A stretch of 64,000 nucleotides of DNA from positions 6,125-70,124 of the forward strand of contig JAMOPL010000153.1 of the NCBI GenBank assembly GCA_027064515.1. The letters run 5' to 3'. The notes below the pieces were generated by a model. It did not search any database. It was not told the DNA's origin and was given only the letters and a program-made list of their open reading frames with translations. Both the position numbers and the translations under genes were made by a program. Shown piece by piece: positions 9,058 to 18,539 of the stretch. This DNA is from Sulfurimonas sp. (GTDB lineage: Bacteria > Campylobacterota > Campylobacteria > Campylobacterales > Sulfurimonadaceae). How positions within the stretch are numbered: position 1 is the first letter of the stretch; each line of letters begins with the position of its first letter.

Positions 9058-9522
9058 ATGCAAAATATAGGAAAGTATATTTTTTTATTAATTTTTTGTA
9101 ATTCATTGAGTTTTGCAGGTTTATTTGAATCATCAAATATATGGAAAAATGGAACAATAGAATCTAAAGAATACAACACTTTAAGTGCTACACTTTATGT
9201 AGGTGGAGATAATAAAATAAGAGTTGGTATCAGTATGCATTCTGATGATTGTAGACGATTTGAAGAAGATGTATATGAAACAGGAGCAATGAAATTTAAT
9301 GGTACTTTAGTAAAAATGTTTGCACAATGTGTTGGGAATAATGAGAGAATGGATTTTCCACAAACATACAATGGTAATAATTTTTTAGTTAATGAGTTTG
9401 ATACTAAGCGTAATGTGGTAGCAGCTCAAGATGACATCACTTTTACATTTTCCACTAATGGTTTTAGAGAAGAGTATAAAAGAGTAAGAGATAGTGCAGT
9501 TGCTGAAGCAAATGCTATATAA
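9058..9522 (+). CDS. Secreted hypothetical protein
   Basis: AAGGGG RBS, signal peptide ending SLSFA, two Cys in the mature part, C-terminal FTFSTNGF motif. Confidence 0.75.
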   Translation: MQNIGKYIFLLIFCNSLSFAGLFESSNIWKNGTIESKEYNTLSATLYVGGDNKIRVGISMHSDDCRRFEEDVYETGAMKFNGTLVKMFAQCVGNNERMDFPQTYNGNNFLVNEFDTKRNVVAAQDDITFTFSTNGFREEYKRVRDSAVAEANAI

Positions 9523-9532
9523 AGGGATTAAA

Positions 9533-11047
9533 ATGGGAAGATTATTTAAGAATTTATTGATATTGGTATTGGTTTTACCTATTAGCATATTTGCTAGTAA
9601 AGTATATATAACGACAGGAAGTTTTGATAAAAATAATAAGCCTAAAGGTGAAGAATTTTGTAAAAAAGTGTCTGAAAGAAAATTAAATAGAATTTTTAAG
9701 AAATATAAATGTCAAAATACAAATATATTAAATAAAAAGAATAGAAAAATGGAGTGGTATCAATGTGAAAATGAGGGTAAAAAAGATGATTTATTAGTAA
9801 CATATACATCTACTTCATTTGACTGTGAAACAAGAACTCGTTATGCACTAAGTAAGCAAAGAGAAAATAAGGGAAAAGTTACACAGATAAAAACAGTACC
9901 AAAATATTATATGAGTGTTGGTTCATTATATGAAAGTGAAGCTAAATCATTTTGTGTTGAGGTAAAAAAAGATGATATTGGAAAATTAACCTATAGAAAT
10001 GGTGATTGTTCTGATTATAGTTCTAAATTAAGAAAGTTTACTGGTGCGATAGACTACTATAAATGTGATAATTATCCAAATATTTATATTACGAGAGATG
10101 GAGTTCGTGGTGATACTACAAAAGTAGGAAGTGTAGAAGCATGTAAAAAACTAAATGAAAAGGTAGCACATCAATCAGATCCTAATTCATTAAAAGAGTT
10201 TATAACATTTGGTCGTTTAGATATGAATTCTCATAAGAATCTACAAACATACTGTATGCCAAATCAAAGTGACGATACAGCACTTAATCTATTAAAAACT
10301 AAACTTGGGATGAACTGCACAGATACTAAAATGAGTGATAGCATTAATTTTAGTACTAAAAATTTAAAAAAGTATTTTTGTTCATCATCACAGGGAGATA
10401 CAATTATACATATAACTAGAGCAAAAGATAAATATAGTTGTCAGAATTTTAATAAAAATATGGACAAAAAAATTAAAGCTTTAGAAAAAGAGGCTTCTGA
10501 TTTAGCTATTGCAAATCAACTTTCAAAACAAAGAGCTCATAAACTTGCAAAAGAGAAAGCTGAAAAATTAAAATTAGCACAAGATAATGGTTTTAACTCT
10601 TATACTGAATATGAAGCTTTTAAAATTAAAGAAAAAAGAGATGCTAGAGCAGAGTATGAAAGAAAAGCTAAATTAGAAAGAGAGGCTCAAAGAAAAGCTA
10701 ATAGAGAAAGAAGAGCTGCTATGCAAAAAGCTGATGCAGAAAATTTAAAAAGAATGGTAAGTGGAAATAATTTTACAGCAGTGATAGATACTCACTATCA
10801 TTCAGGATGTATATATATCGCTAAAATAAGGGTAAATAATCAGTTAGTTTCATGTACTACAAATAGTGATAGAAGTAGAACTTTAATTCCATTAGATAAA
10901 GGTTTTAACTTAGAAGTACATATGAACCCCAATATTTCAAGTAGAGGAACAGTTCCTAAAACAGATTTAAGAATATTAAATAGAGCTGGTACAGAAGTTT
11001 ATTCTGATACAACAACTAATGGATTTAAAACTTTTGTTGTGAGATAA
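9533..11047 (+). CDS. Secreted cysteine-rich repeat protein: three 4-Cys domains, a charged coiled coil and a C-terminal beta domain
   Basis: AAGGGA RBS before ATG 9533, signal peptide ending ISIFA, 14 Cys, internal triplication visible by eye. Confidence 0.8.
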   Translation: MGRLFKNLLILVLVLPISIFASKVYITTGSFDKNNKPKGEEFCKKVSERKLNRIFKKYKCQNTNILNKKNRKMEWYQCENEGKKDDLLVTYTSTSFDCETRTRYALSKQRENKGKVTQIKTVPKYYMSVGSLYESEAKSFCVEVKKDDIGKLTYRNGDCSDYSSKLRKFTGAIDYYKCDNYPNIYITRDGVRGDTTKVGSVEACKKLNEKVAHQSDPNSLKEFITFGRLDMNSHKNLQTYCMPNQSDDTALNLLKTKLGMNCTDTKMSDSINFSTKNLKKYFCSSSQGDTIIHITRAKDKYSCQNFNKNMDKKIKALEKEASDLAIANQLSKQRAHKLAKEKAEKLKLAQDNGFNSYTEYEAFKIKEKRDARAEYERKAKLEREAQRKANRERRAAMQKADAENLKRMVSGNNFTAVIDTHYHSGCIYIAKIRVNNQLVSCTTNSDRSRTLIPLDKGFNLEVHMNPNISSRGTVPKTDLRILNRAGTEVYSDTTTNGFKTFVVR

Positions 11048-11057
11048 ATTTTATGAG

Positions 11058-11089
11058 TATAAAAGTGAATTTTCACATTCACTTTTATA
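11058..11089. terminator. Bidirectional terminator between convergent genes
   Basis: tataaaagtgaat-tttcac-attcacttttata perfect 13-bp stem. Confidence 0.8.
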
Positions 11090-11091
11090 GA

Positions 11092-11469
11092 TTATTTTTT
11101 GTCGTACGGGTTTACTGGTAAGTCAGAAGCTGGTAGATTTTTTCTTCTGTCTATTTTACTATCTGGTGCGTAGTTTGTAGATAGATAGTCTAAGATTGAC
11201 TTTTCAGTTTTAGCATCAAATTGCCATAGACCTTGAGTCTCTTGCATCCATACTATCATATCTTTCCAACTCTCTCTATCACCCCTTTGAAGGGTGATAA
11301 ATTTCGCACTATGACACACTGTACAATTTGTTTTAACATCATTAAAACCATTTGCTATGATTAATCCAGTTTCAGAATCTATTTTTTGTTTAGAATCTGA
11401 GGCACTAACATTAGTTGCTAAAAGTAGCCCTAATGTTAAGCTTGTAAAAAGTTTAGTAAGAGTTTTCAA
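11092..11469 (-). CDS. sorB: Monoheme cytochrome c, sulfite dehydrogenase subunit B
   Basis: Signal peptide, CTVCH heme motif, WMQETQGLW, YLSTNY; TTG at 11469 after a GAGGGG RBS; directly downstream of the molybdoenzyme. Confidence 0.85.
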   Translation of the reverse strand: MKTLTKLFTSLTLGLLLATNVSASDSKQKIDSETGLIIANGFNDVKTNCTVCHSAKFITLQRGDRESWKDMIVWMQETQGLWQFDAKTEKSILDYLSTNYAPDSKIDRRKNLPASDLPVNPYDKK

Positions 11470-11483
11470 TATGTAACCCCTCA

Positions 11484-12824
11484 CTATATAGCTTGAATTG
11501 CTATTCTATGGCATGAGTTATTTAAGTAACCTCTAGGATTCCAACCTGGTAATACCATAGGTTGACCTTTACCATTTGAATCTACTGCTCTTGCCCAAAT
11601 CTCATAATAACCTGTAATTGGTAGAGTAACATAAGCACTCCATTTATGCCAAGATAGTCTGTTTTCTGCTCTTTGTAAGTCAGCTTTTTGCCAAGTTGCT
11701 CCAAAGTCAATAGATACTTCCATATCTGCTACATACAAGTCACCAGCCCAAGCTTTACCTCTAACCTCAAAAGGTTTACCAGCTTCTCTATTTTCTCCAG
11801 TTTTAGGAAATGCTACAATAGATTTAACAGGCATAGATTCTATAACTTTCATATCTTCATCTGGTACTTTAGTTCCAGGTGCTACTGGATTTTTAGGTAC
11901 TCTATATGATTGACCCATCATTTTTTTACCATCGTGAATAGTATCTCTAATATATAGTTTTTTTAGCCATTTACCAGAAACAGATGCTGGCCAACCACCA
12001 ATAACTAATCTTAAAGGAGCACCATTTTGGTAAGGGATAGGCTCACCGTTCATCTCCCATGCTAAGATAGCTTCAGGTTCAAGTGCTTTATACATTGGAA
12101 CACCTCTTGAAACTGTACCTTTGTGAGTGTCTCCACTTAAGTGAGTATCAGCACCTTTGTAACCAACATAGATAGCTTTTTGAGTTAGACCCATATCTTC
12201 TAAAACATCTCTAAGTCTAACACCACCCCATTTACCACAACCAATAGCACCATTTGCCCATTGATTACCTTTTGCTGGAGGATTGAACTCTTTTCTACTG
12301 TTTCCACCACACTCAACAACCAAACCGTAAGTATGTTTTTTATACTTTTTCTTTAAGTCACCAATAGATAGAGTGATTTTTTTATGTTTAGTAGTTGTAC
12401 CTTCATCAGCATAAATAGTAAAAGTCCATTCATCTATGTTTTTGTTAGTTGTAGATTCTTTTGGTGGTTGACCATTGTTTCTAATAAAAAAATGTTTACC
12501 AAGTGTAAAATCTTCATCAAATAGATGAGGTGGAGTTTCAGCATTGATGGGTCTGTCGTTTAGGTACACTAAACCATCTTTCCCTTTTACTCTAAAAGGT
12601 TCAGTAGAATCTGCTAATGCTGAAGGGATTAGACCACCTGGCATTTTGTCTGCGAATGGTATGTTAGAACCTACAACACTTACCATAGCAAGAAGAGCAG
12701 ATTTTTTTAAAAATCCTCTTCTTGTATCTGGATTTACTTCTCTTCCAAAAATATCTAAATCAGCTTTTGTAGCATCTTTAGCATAAGCTTCTTGTATGCT
12801 TATCTCTTCAATCTTTTTTTCCAT
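11484..12824 (-). CDS. sorA: Sulfite oxidase family molybdoenzyme (sulfite:cytochrome c oxidoreductase subunit A), Tat-exported
   Basis: TRRGFLKK twin-arginine motif, FFIRN, ECGGN Mo-ligand Cys, GAPLRLV, KWL, WNPRGYLNN. Confidence 0.9.
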   Translation of the reverse strand: MEKKIEEISIQEAYAKDATKADLDIFGREVNPDTRRGFLKKSALLAMVSVVGSNIPFADKMPGGLIPSALADSTEPFRVKGKDGLVYLNDRPINAETPPHLFDEDFTLGKHFFIRNNGQPPKESTTNKNIDEWTFTIYADEGTTTKHKKITLSIGDLKKKYKKHTYGLVVECGGNSRKEFNPPAKGNQWANGAIGCGKWGGVRLRDVLEDMGLTQKAIYVGYKGADTHLSGDTHKGTVSRGVPMYKALEPEAILAWEMNGEPIPYQNGAPLRLVIGGWPASVSGKWLKKLYIRDTIHDGKKMMGQSYRVPKNPVAPGTKVPDEDMKVIESMPVKSIVAFPKTGENREAGKPFEVRGKAWAGDLYVADMEVSIDFGATWQKADLQRAENRLSWHKWSAYVTLPITGYYEIWARAVDSNGKGQPMVLPGWNPRGYLNNSCHRIAIQAI

Positions 12825-12977
12825 ATTGATTACCTTTTACTCTTTTAAATAATTTAAAACAGTATGGCAAAGTTAAAATTAAACATAGTTGAAATATAAG
12901 TTTTTCTTATCTAGTATAACTTGATAGTATATTTAGTATTATTAGAAAATATAATAGTTCATCTTTTGATGTATAAA

Positions 12978-14210
12978 CTATTTTATAACACCACTAACAC
13001 TACCATTTACAGAGTGGTAGATTGTAGTGGAGTTTTTTCTAGCATAGAATCTCATTAGTAGTTTTTGAATTGTTGGCTCAATACTCGGTTTAAACCAAGC
13101 ATTGTTACTTGAAGCTATCACAAAATCTACATCACCATCATAAATCTCTTGACAAGTTGCTTCGTAGCAGATGGCATTTCTAAATTTCACACCTTTTATA
13201 ATAAAATCAGTAGGTTTACTAGCTGTTTCAAAGTCTGACTGACCAGCAAAAAAAGTGTCGTTAATAATTTTTCTAGCAAATTTTGGTAGTGGGATATACT
13301 CCCCAAATGGTACTAAAACAAGTTTTTTTGCTATGGTGTATTTGCCATTGTTAAATATGTATGTAACATTGTAGCTTTTAGAATCATCTCTTAGTAATGA
13401 ACCTACAACTATGCTAATGTTTTGAGATTCTTTAAGTAAACTATTGATTATATTTTGATTTCTATTTAAAAATATTGGAAACACTGATTCTGGAAAAACT
13501 ACAATATCGTAAGATTCTTTTTTAGCTTTTTTTATCTCACTGAATATAAGTTTAACTGTTGGTTTAAAACTCTCCCTTAACCATTTTTTTTCTTGTGGGA
13601 TATTTGTAGAGATAAGTTTAATTTTTAGATTGTTAGTTTTATATGTTGGTTTTTGAAAATTAAATGCTAATAGAATCAAAAGTAGGGGGGTATATTTAAA
13701 AGGCTTTTTTATATATGCTGGTAGTGTTAATGCCACTAAAACAATAGCTAGTTGATACTTGAAAATTCCTATATAACTATCTACAAAAATAAGCTCTATC
13801 TGTAACCAATTCCAGTCAAAAGGTTCAACAAAACTAAGTATAAATAGTAAAATAGCTCGAATATATACTTTTTTTGTTAGTGCTAAAACACCAAAAAAAA
13901 GCATATAAATGATTCCAAATGCAAAGGTTATAATTGGTGTCATAAAACCTACACCATTGTATTCAAAACTATAACCTATCCAGTAAAACCATAAGATTCC
14001 AATACTAAAACCAGCTATTAGAATCGCTCTTTTATTTATATATAAAAGCATCGCTAAAGAGATGATTCCAAAAAGAGTGTTTAGAATCTTTATGGTAAAT
14101 CCGTAGTGTTCTAAATATATAAATGCACTAAAAAATGTTGCAGTTATTAAGCCAAAGAAAAGGTTATTTAAAAGAGGTTTTTTATTTAATTTATCAATTA
14201 TTTTAAACAT
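12978..14210 (-). CDS. lnt: Apolipoprotein N-acyltransferase
   Basis: Multi-TM N-terminus; catalytic motifs VFPES, KLVLVPFGEYIP, ICYE, SNNAWF. Confidence 0.93.
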   Translation of the reverse strand: MFKIIDKLNKKPLLNNLFFGLITATFFSAFIYLEHYGFTIKILNTLFGIISLAMLLYINKRAILIAGFSIGILWFYWIGYSFEYNGVGFMTPIITFAFGIIYMLFFGVLALTKKVYIRAILLFILSFVEPFDWNWLQIELIFVDSYIGIFKYQLAIVLVALTLPAYIKKPFKYTPLLLILLAFNFQKPTYKTNNLKIKLISTNIPQEKKWLRESFKPTVKLIFSEIKKAKKESYDIVVFPESVFPIFLNRNQNIINSLLKESQNISIVVGSLLRDDSKSYNVTYIFNNGKYTIAKKLVLVPFGEYIPLPKFARKIINDTFFAGQSDFETASKPTDFIIKGVKFRNAICYEATCQEIYDGDVDFVIASSNNAWFKPSIEPTIQKLLMRFYARKNSTTIYHSVNGSVSGVIK

Positions 14211-14238
14211 ATACAATTATAGTATATTTATATATAAT

Positions 14239-16092
14239 ATGAAAATAATTATTTATAAGGAAATAAATTTGGGTTTATGTTATTTATATCACAAAAAAAG
14301 TAACTCTTTTCATAAAGAGAAGCTTTTATCAGCTTTTGAAGATAGCATCTCTTTGGATATAGCAATGACAGATAAAATGGAAGAACATAATTTTTATATT
14401 TTTGAGCTAAATAAAGTTGATAAGATATTATCTACTACAATAAAAAAAATGTTTGTTTCTATACCTAACCCGTTAATTTATTTTCTTATACCAAAAGAGT
14501 ATAATTTATCACTTTTTCAATTAGCTTTTATGATAAATGCAAAAAGTATTATCACAAGTAATCAAGATATAGATAAGGTGATAGCTAAAATCAAGAACGA
14601 TTATCAAATACATATTGATGATTATAAGGGTGTATCTCTTGGAAAACATATTATAAATCATTTGTCATATATGGTTTATGAAGATTCTAAGCTTGATTTT
14701 GTAAGTGAACAGCTTTATCGTGAATTTGATTGTAGTGGTATGAGTCAGATTCAAGAGCAGATATGTTCAAAATTAGATATGAAAGAGTTGCTATCAGATG
14801 AACATCCTATAAAAAAAATAGTAGCAAATAATATCAAGGATGACACAACTTATTTTATAAAAAGTATTAAAAATAATAGTAAAAATATTATCTCCTTTGA
14901 GGCACAAGTAGATTATGAACCTAGATGTAATGAACATCATTATGTATCTACAAGAGTTAGTTTTGTAGAACTTTTAAAAGATAAGCTTTTAGAAAAAATG
15001 ATTTCTGATAAATTGTTTTCTATATTAACTATAAAAGTAGATTCAGTTTCAAAACTACTAACAAAAGCAGATGAGGAAAACTTTCGTAAAGAGTTTTTAT
15101 ATGAAGTTGAATTAATTTTAGATATAAAACTTATGCTTGCAGAGTATGATACCAATATGTATATTGTTTTATTTGAAGATTTATCTATGGATGAACTTAA
15201 AGAGAAAGCTAAAAATTTTCATCTTCAAATAGCTAATTTTTTAAATAGACAAGAGTTAAAATATTTAATATCGTTATATGCAATAAATATAGATGAAGTG
15301 GAGTTAAATCCTATTCTTTCTATTATTGATGATATATCAAATGATGAGATTGATTATATGTTGTCTGATGATAAGAATGTATCCTATATAAACAATTATC
15401 AAGATAGTATGGATGAAAAAGAGATGATACATTATCTTTTAGAATCTATTTTTATAAATAAATCAAAATTAAATCTTTTAAATATTCATAACGGTATGTG
15501 TATAAATACATCATCGAAAATCTTAAAAATGAAAGATGATTTAATTTTTGTAAAGATAGAACATTTACAAGGTATTGTGATGAATCTTGAGAAAAAAACA
15601 ATATTCCAATCACCAATATTTACTAAAAGTATAAGAGCTAGTTTAAAATATATAAATATTGAAGAGGGTTATGCTGTACTTCATAAGTGTAAGATTCTAG
15701 ATTACAATCCAAATGAGAGACAGCATGGTAGAGTAAATAGTGTTAAGCTTGTTCCTGTTGCACTATCTTTACTAGGTACGACAATAAAAGGTGAGATGGT
15801 AGATGTATCAGCTACATCAATGGCAATAAAGATAAGAAAAACAAAGATATTAGATAATATTTTGAACAAAGATATATCTCTTACATTTTATCTTGAAAAT
15901 AATAAGGTAAAAAGTGGTTCAACAAAACTAGAAGAAAGAGCTATCGTTATACATCAGTCTTGTGATAATAATGGTTATTCTAAATTAATTTGCATTTTTT
16001 GTGATAATATCGAAAATGAAAAAGTTTTAATAGAGTATATTTTTAACAGACAAAAAAGTATAATATTAGATATGAAAAATATGGTAAGATAG
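14239..16092 (+). CDS. PilZ-domain protein with a degenerate GGDEF-like middle region (start may be TTG at 14269)
   Basis: C-terminal NERQHGRV (RxxxR) and VDVSATS (DxSxxG-like); middle region resembles a GGDEF fold without the signature. Confidence 0.7.
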   Translation: MKIIIYKEINLGLCYLYHKKSNSFHKEKLLSAFEDSISLDIAMTDKMEEHNFYIFELNKVDKILSTTIKKMFVSIPNPLIYFLIPKEYNLSLFQLAFMINAKSIITSNQDIDKVIAKIKNDYQIHIDDYKGVSLGKHIINHLSYMVYEDSKLDFVSEQLYREFDCSGMSQIQEQICSKLDMKELLSDEHPIKKIVANNIKDDTTYFIKSIKNNSKNIISFEAQVDYEPRCNEHHYVSTRVSFVELLKDKLLEKMISDKLFSILTIKVDSVSKLLTKADEENFRKEFLYEVELILDIKLMLAEYDTNMYIVLFEDLSMDELKEKAKNFHLQIANFLNRQELKYLISLYAINIDEVELNPILSIIDDISNDEIDYMLSDDKNVSYINNYQDSMDEKEMIHYLLESIFINKSKLNLLNIHNGMCINTSSKILKMKDDLIFVKIEHLQGIVMNLEKKTIFQSPIFTKSIRASLKYINIEEGYAVLHKCKILDYNPNERQHGRVNSVKLVPVALSLLGTTIKGEMVDVSATSMAIKIRKTKILDNILNKDISLTFYLENNKVKSGSTKLEERAIVIHQSCDNNGYSKLICIFCDNIENEKVLIEYIFNRQKSIILDMKNMVR

Positions 16093-16110
16093 ACCACTTA
16101 TATAAGGAAT

Positions 16111-16611
16111 CTATCTATAATATTTAAAATCTTTCTTAGCCTCATCTAAAGTTTCTTGAAAATTCATAATTTTACCACCATATAATTTTTGAAATTTTTT
16201 AGCATCTTCAAGTTTTAAAAAAGCATATTTACTTACCTTACTCATTGTCCCTTTTTTACTACTTCCTACAACATAGTTAGCACTATTTACAGGGATAAGT
16301 TTTAAAGTTGTTACATCTACAACCATAGGATTCTTTAGGGTAATTCCTTTACCTAAATGTTCCTCTAAACAGTGTATAGAGCAGTATTGTGTATGTTTAT
16401 GGTTTATCTCAGCACTATGACTTGTTTTATAGTATTTTACTAAATCCATTCCACATCTTATGCAATATCTTTTATCTTTACCAGTTTGAACAAGAGTAGC
16501 TTGATTTTCATCTACACTTTGAAATAATTTGTAGTTTATTTTAGGTGAATTACTTCCACCACAACCTATAAAAATAAAAGCTATAAAAGTTACACTAAAA
16601 ATTTTAAACAT
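16111..16611 (-). CDS. NosL-family metal-binding lipoprotein
   Basis: Lipobox FIGC, CIRCGM, YCSIHCL, YVVGS..GTM, AF...EDAKKF...YGG. Confidence 0.85.
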   Translation of the reverse strand: MFKIFSVTFIAFIFIGCGGSNSPKINYKLFQSVDENQATLVQTGKDKRYCIRCGMDLVKYYKTSHSAEINHKHTQYCSIHCLEEHLGKGITLKNPMVVDVTTLKLIPVNSANYVVGSSKKGTMSKVSKYAFLKLEDAKKFQKLYGGKIMNFQETLDEAKKDFKYYR

Positions 16612-16696
16612 ATGAATCCTTTATTAAAAGTTTACCTTTTATTTATTACATAAATGTTAAATTTATATTATAATAATCTTAAATAAAAGGGTGGGG

Positions 16697-17203
16697 ATGG
16701 ATATTAAAAATAAAATAGTTCATTATTTAAAAGAGTTGGTAATATTTTTAGTTGTTATGACTATATTTGCAAATATAATTAGTTTGTATAAATCTCAAGA
16801 GTTAAATAGTGAATCATTAAAATTAAATAATGTATATTTACTAGATAATGTTAAATATGAGATAGATAATTCTAAGCCTATTTTAGTTCATATATGGGCA
16901 ACTTGGTGTCCAACTTGTAAGCTTGAGGCTGGAAATATTGAGATGGTATCTAAGTATTTCAATGTTTTAACCATAGCTGTTAAATCTGGTAGTGATGATG
17001 AGTTGAAAAACTATTTAAATGAGAATCATTATAGTTTTAATGTTATAAATGATAATGATGGAACATTATCTTCTGAGTTTAATATTGGGGCATATCCAAC
17101 AACTTTTATTTATGATAAAAATAAAAAATTGGTTTTTAGTGAAGTTGGTTACACTTCTACATTTGGATTAGCTCTTAGATTATGGTGGGCTAGTTTGAAA
17201 TAG
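16697..17203 (+). CDS. TlpA/ResA-like membrane-anchored thiol-disulfide oxidoreductase
   Basis: N-terminal TM, WATWCPTC, YPTT cis-Pro loop, EVGYTSTFGL. Confidence 0.88.
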   Translation: MDIKNKIVHYLKELVIFLVVMTIFANIISLYKSQELNSESLKLNNVYLLDNVKYEIDNSKPILVHIWATWCPTCKLEAGNIEMVSKYFNVLTIAVKSGSDDELKNYLNENHYSFNVINDNDGTLSSEFNIGAYPTTFIYDKNKKLVFSEVGYTSTFGLALRLWWASLK

Positions 17204-17243
17204 AACCACTTTAATTTAAAGAGCTAATACAGTTTTTTAAATT

Positions 17244-18539
17244 TTATGAGTTATTTTTTTCAATTAACATATCATCAAGAATATTAAATAGTTTTGAACT
17301 AGCATCTTCCATATTACTGAAGTTATTAATGATAGCATCGCTATTATTCATAACACTATTTTTCTCTATATATTCCACAGATTTTGCAACATTTTCATGA
17401 ACCATTTTATGTGGTTCATTAAATTTAGTATAAGATTTTGTTTTACCAAACTTATCTTTTCCAAGGTTATTATACCAATTACCTACTTTACAATTATTAT
17501 GGTCTGCTGTAATAACTTCATTTAATGTTTCATTCATTACAGATGAGTAAGCGATAGTTTTATAAACGATATGGTCTATTTTTACTAAAGTAACAAAAGT
17601 TTGATCTTCCATAGCAGTAGATAAGTTTGCATTAGAGGTAGCACTTGTGCTTAAAGATTCTAAAGAGTTTTTAAGATTATGAATTCCATCATTTGTTTCA
17701 TTGGAAATATCTTGGATTTGACTAGATACTTCACTAATACTGTGAGCTTCTTGTTTTAGTGATTTCGTTGTTAGTGAGATTTCGCTTGTAGCTTTTTGAG
17801 TTCTCTCTGCTAGTTTTCTTACCTCGTCAGCAACAACAGCAAAACCTCTTCCATGTTCACCTGCTCTTGCTGCTTCGATTGCAGCATTAAGTGCAAGTAG
17901 GTTAGTTTGATCTGCTATATCTTCTATTAATGCTAATACAGAGGTGATATCATTTGTTTGTTGGCTTAGCATATTTATAGATTCGTGACTATCAGATATA
18001 AGTTGAGTAAGATGCTCTATTTTTGAACTTAATGCATCAATTTCATCCAAACTACTGCTAGATTCTTGAGCCATAACATTAGATGATTCTGTAATAATAG
18101 ATGCATTTCCTAAATTATCATTTAAAGATGATTGAACTTTTATTAAACCACCTTGAATTCCTCCACCTAGTTTTTGGAATTTTGATCCCATCTCCCCTCT
18201 AGTTTTGGAATCTTGACCTAGGATAATTCCATTAACACCTTCTGCTAATAGCTCTGCATTTAGTTTAAATGACCCTTTTAAACCATTAGAATCTATATTT
18301 CTATAATTGATTCCTTTATTTGCAGAGTTAATAGATGTACTTGTCTCTCTCATAAATGCTTCTGTTTGATCAAGCATATTGTTAATATAGTGGGAAGCTT
18401 CAGTTAGTAAATCATTTTCAAGTGGTAAATTAACTATTCTAGAATCAAGTTTACCTACTGAAGCATCTTTTACAACATTTAGAAGTTGTTCAAAAAGTTT
18501 TTTATCTACTTTAATTGTATTTTTATTTTTACCAAACAT
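17244..18539 (-). CDS. Soluble methyl-accepting chemotaxis protein (HAMP-like, MA and CZB domains), CetA-like
   Basis: [38 protein letters not shown]; CZB motifs [21 protein letters not shown]; no TM segment. Confidence 0.9.
   Translation of the reverse strand: MFGKNKNTIKVDKKLFEQLLNVVKDASVGKLDSRIVNLPLENDLLTEASHYINNMLDQTEAFMRETSTSINSANKGINYRNIDSNGLKGSFKLNAELLAEGVNGIILGQDSKTRGEMGSKFQKLGGGIQGGLIKVQSSLNDNLGNASIITESSNVMAQESSSSLDEIDALSSKIEHLTQLISDSHESINMLSQQTNDITSVLALIEDIADQTNLLALNAAIEAARAGEHGRGFAVVADEVRKLAERTQKATSEISLTTKSLKQEAHSISEVSSQIQDISNETNDGIHNLKNSLESLSTSATSNANLSTAMEDQTFVTLVKIDHIVYKTIAYSSVMNETLNEVITADHNNCKVGNWYNNLGKDKFGKTKSYTKFNEPHKMVHENVAKSVEYIEKNSVMNNSDAIINNFSNMEDASSKLFNILDDMLIEKNNS

Noticed and set aside
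9494-9532. Upstream TTG start for the Cys-rich protein
   Set aside because: ATG 9533 has an RBS and begins a clean signal peptide
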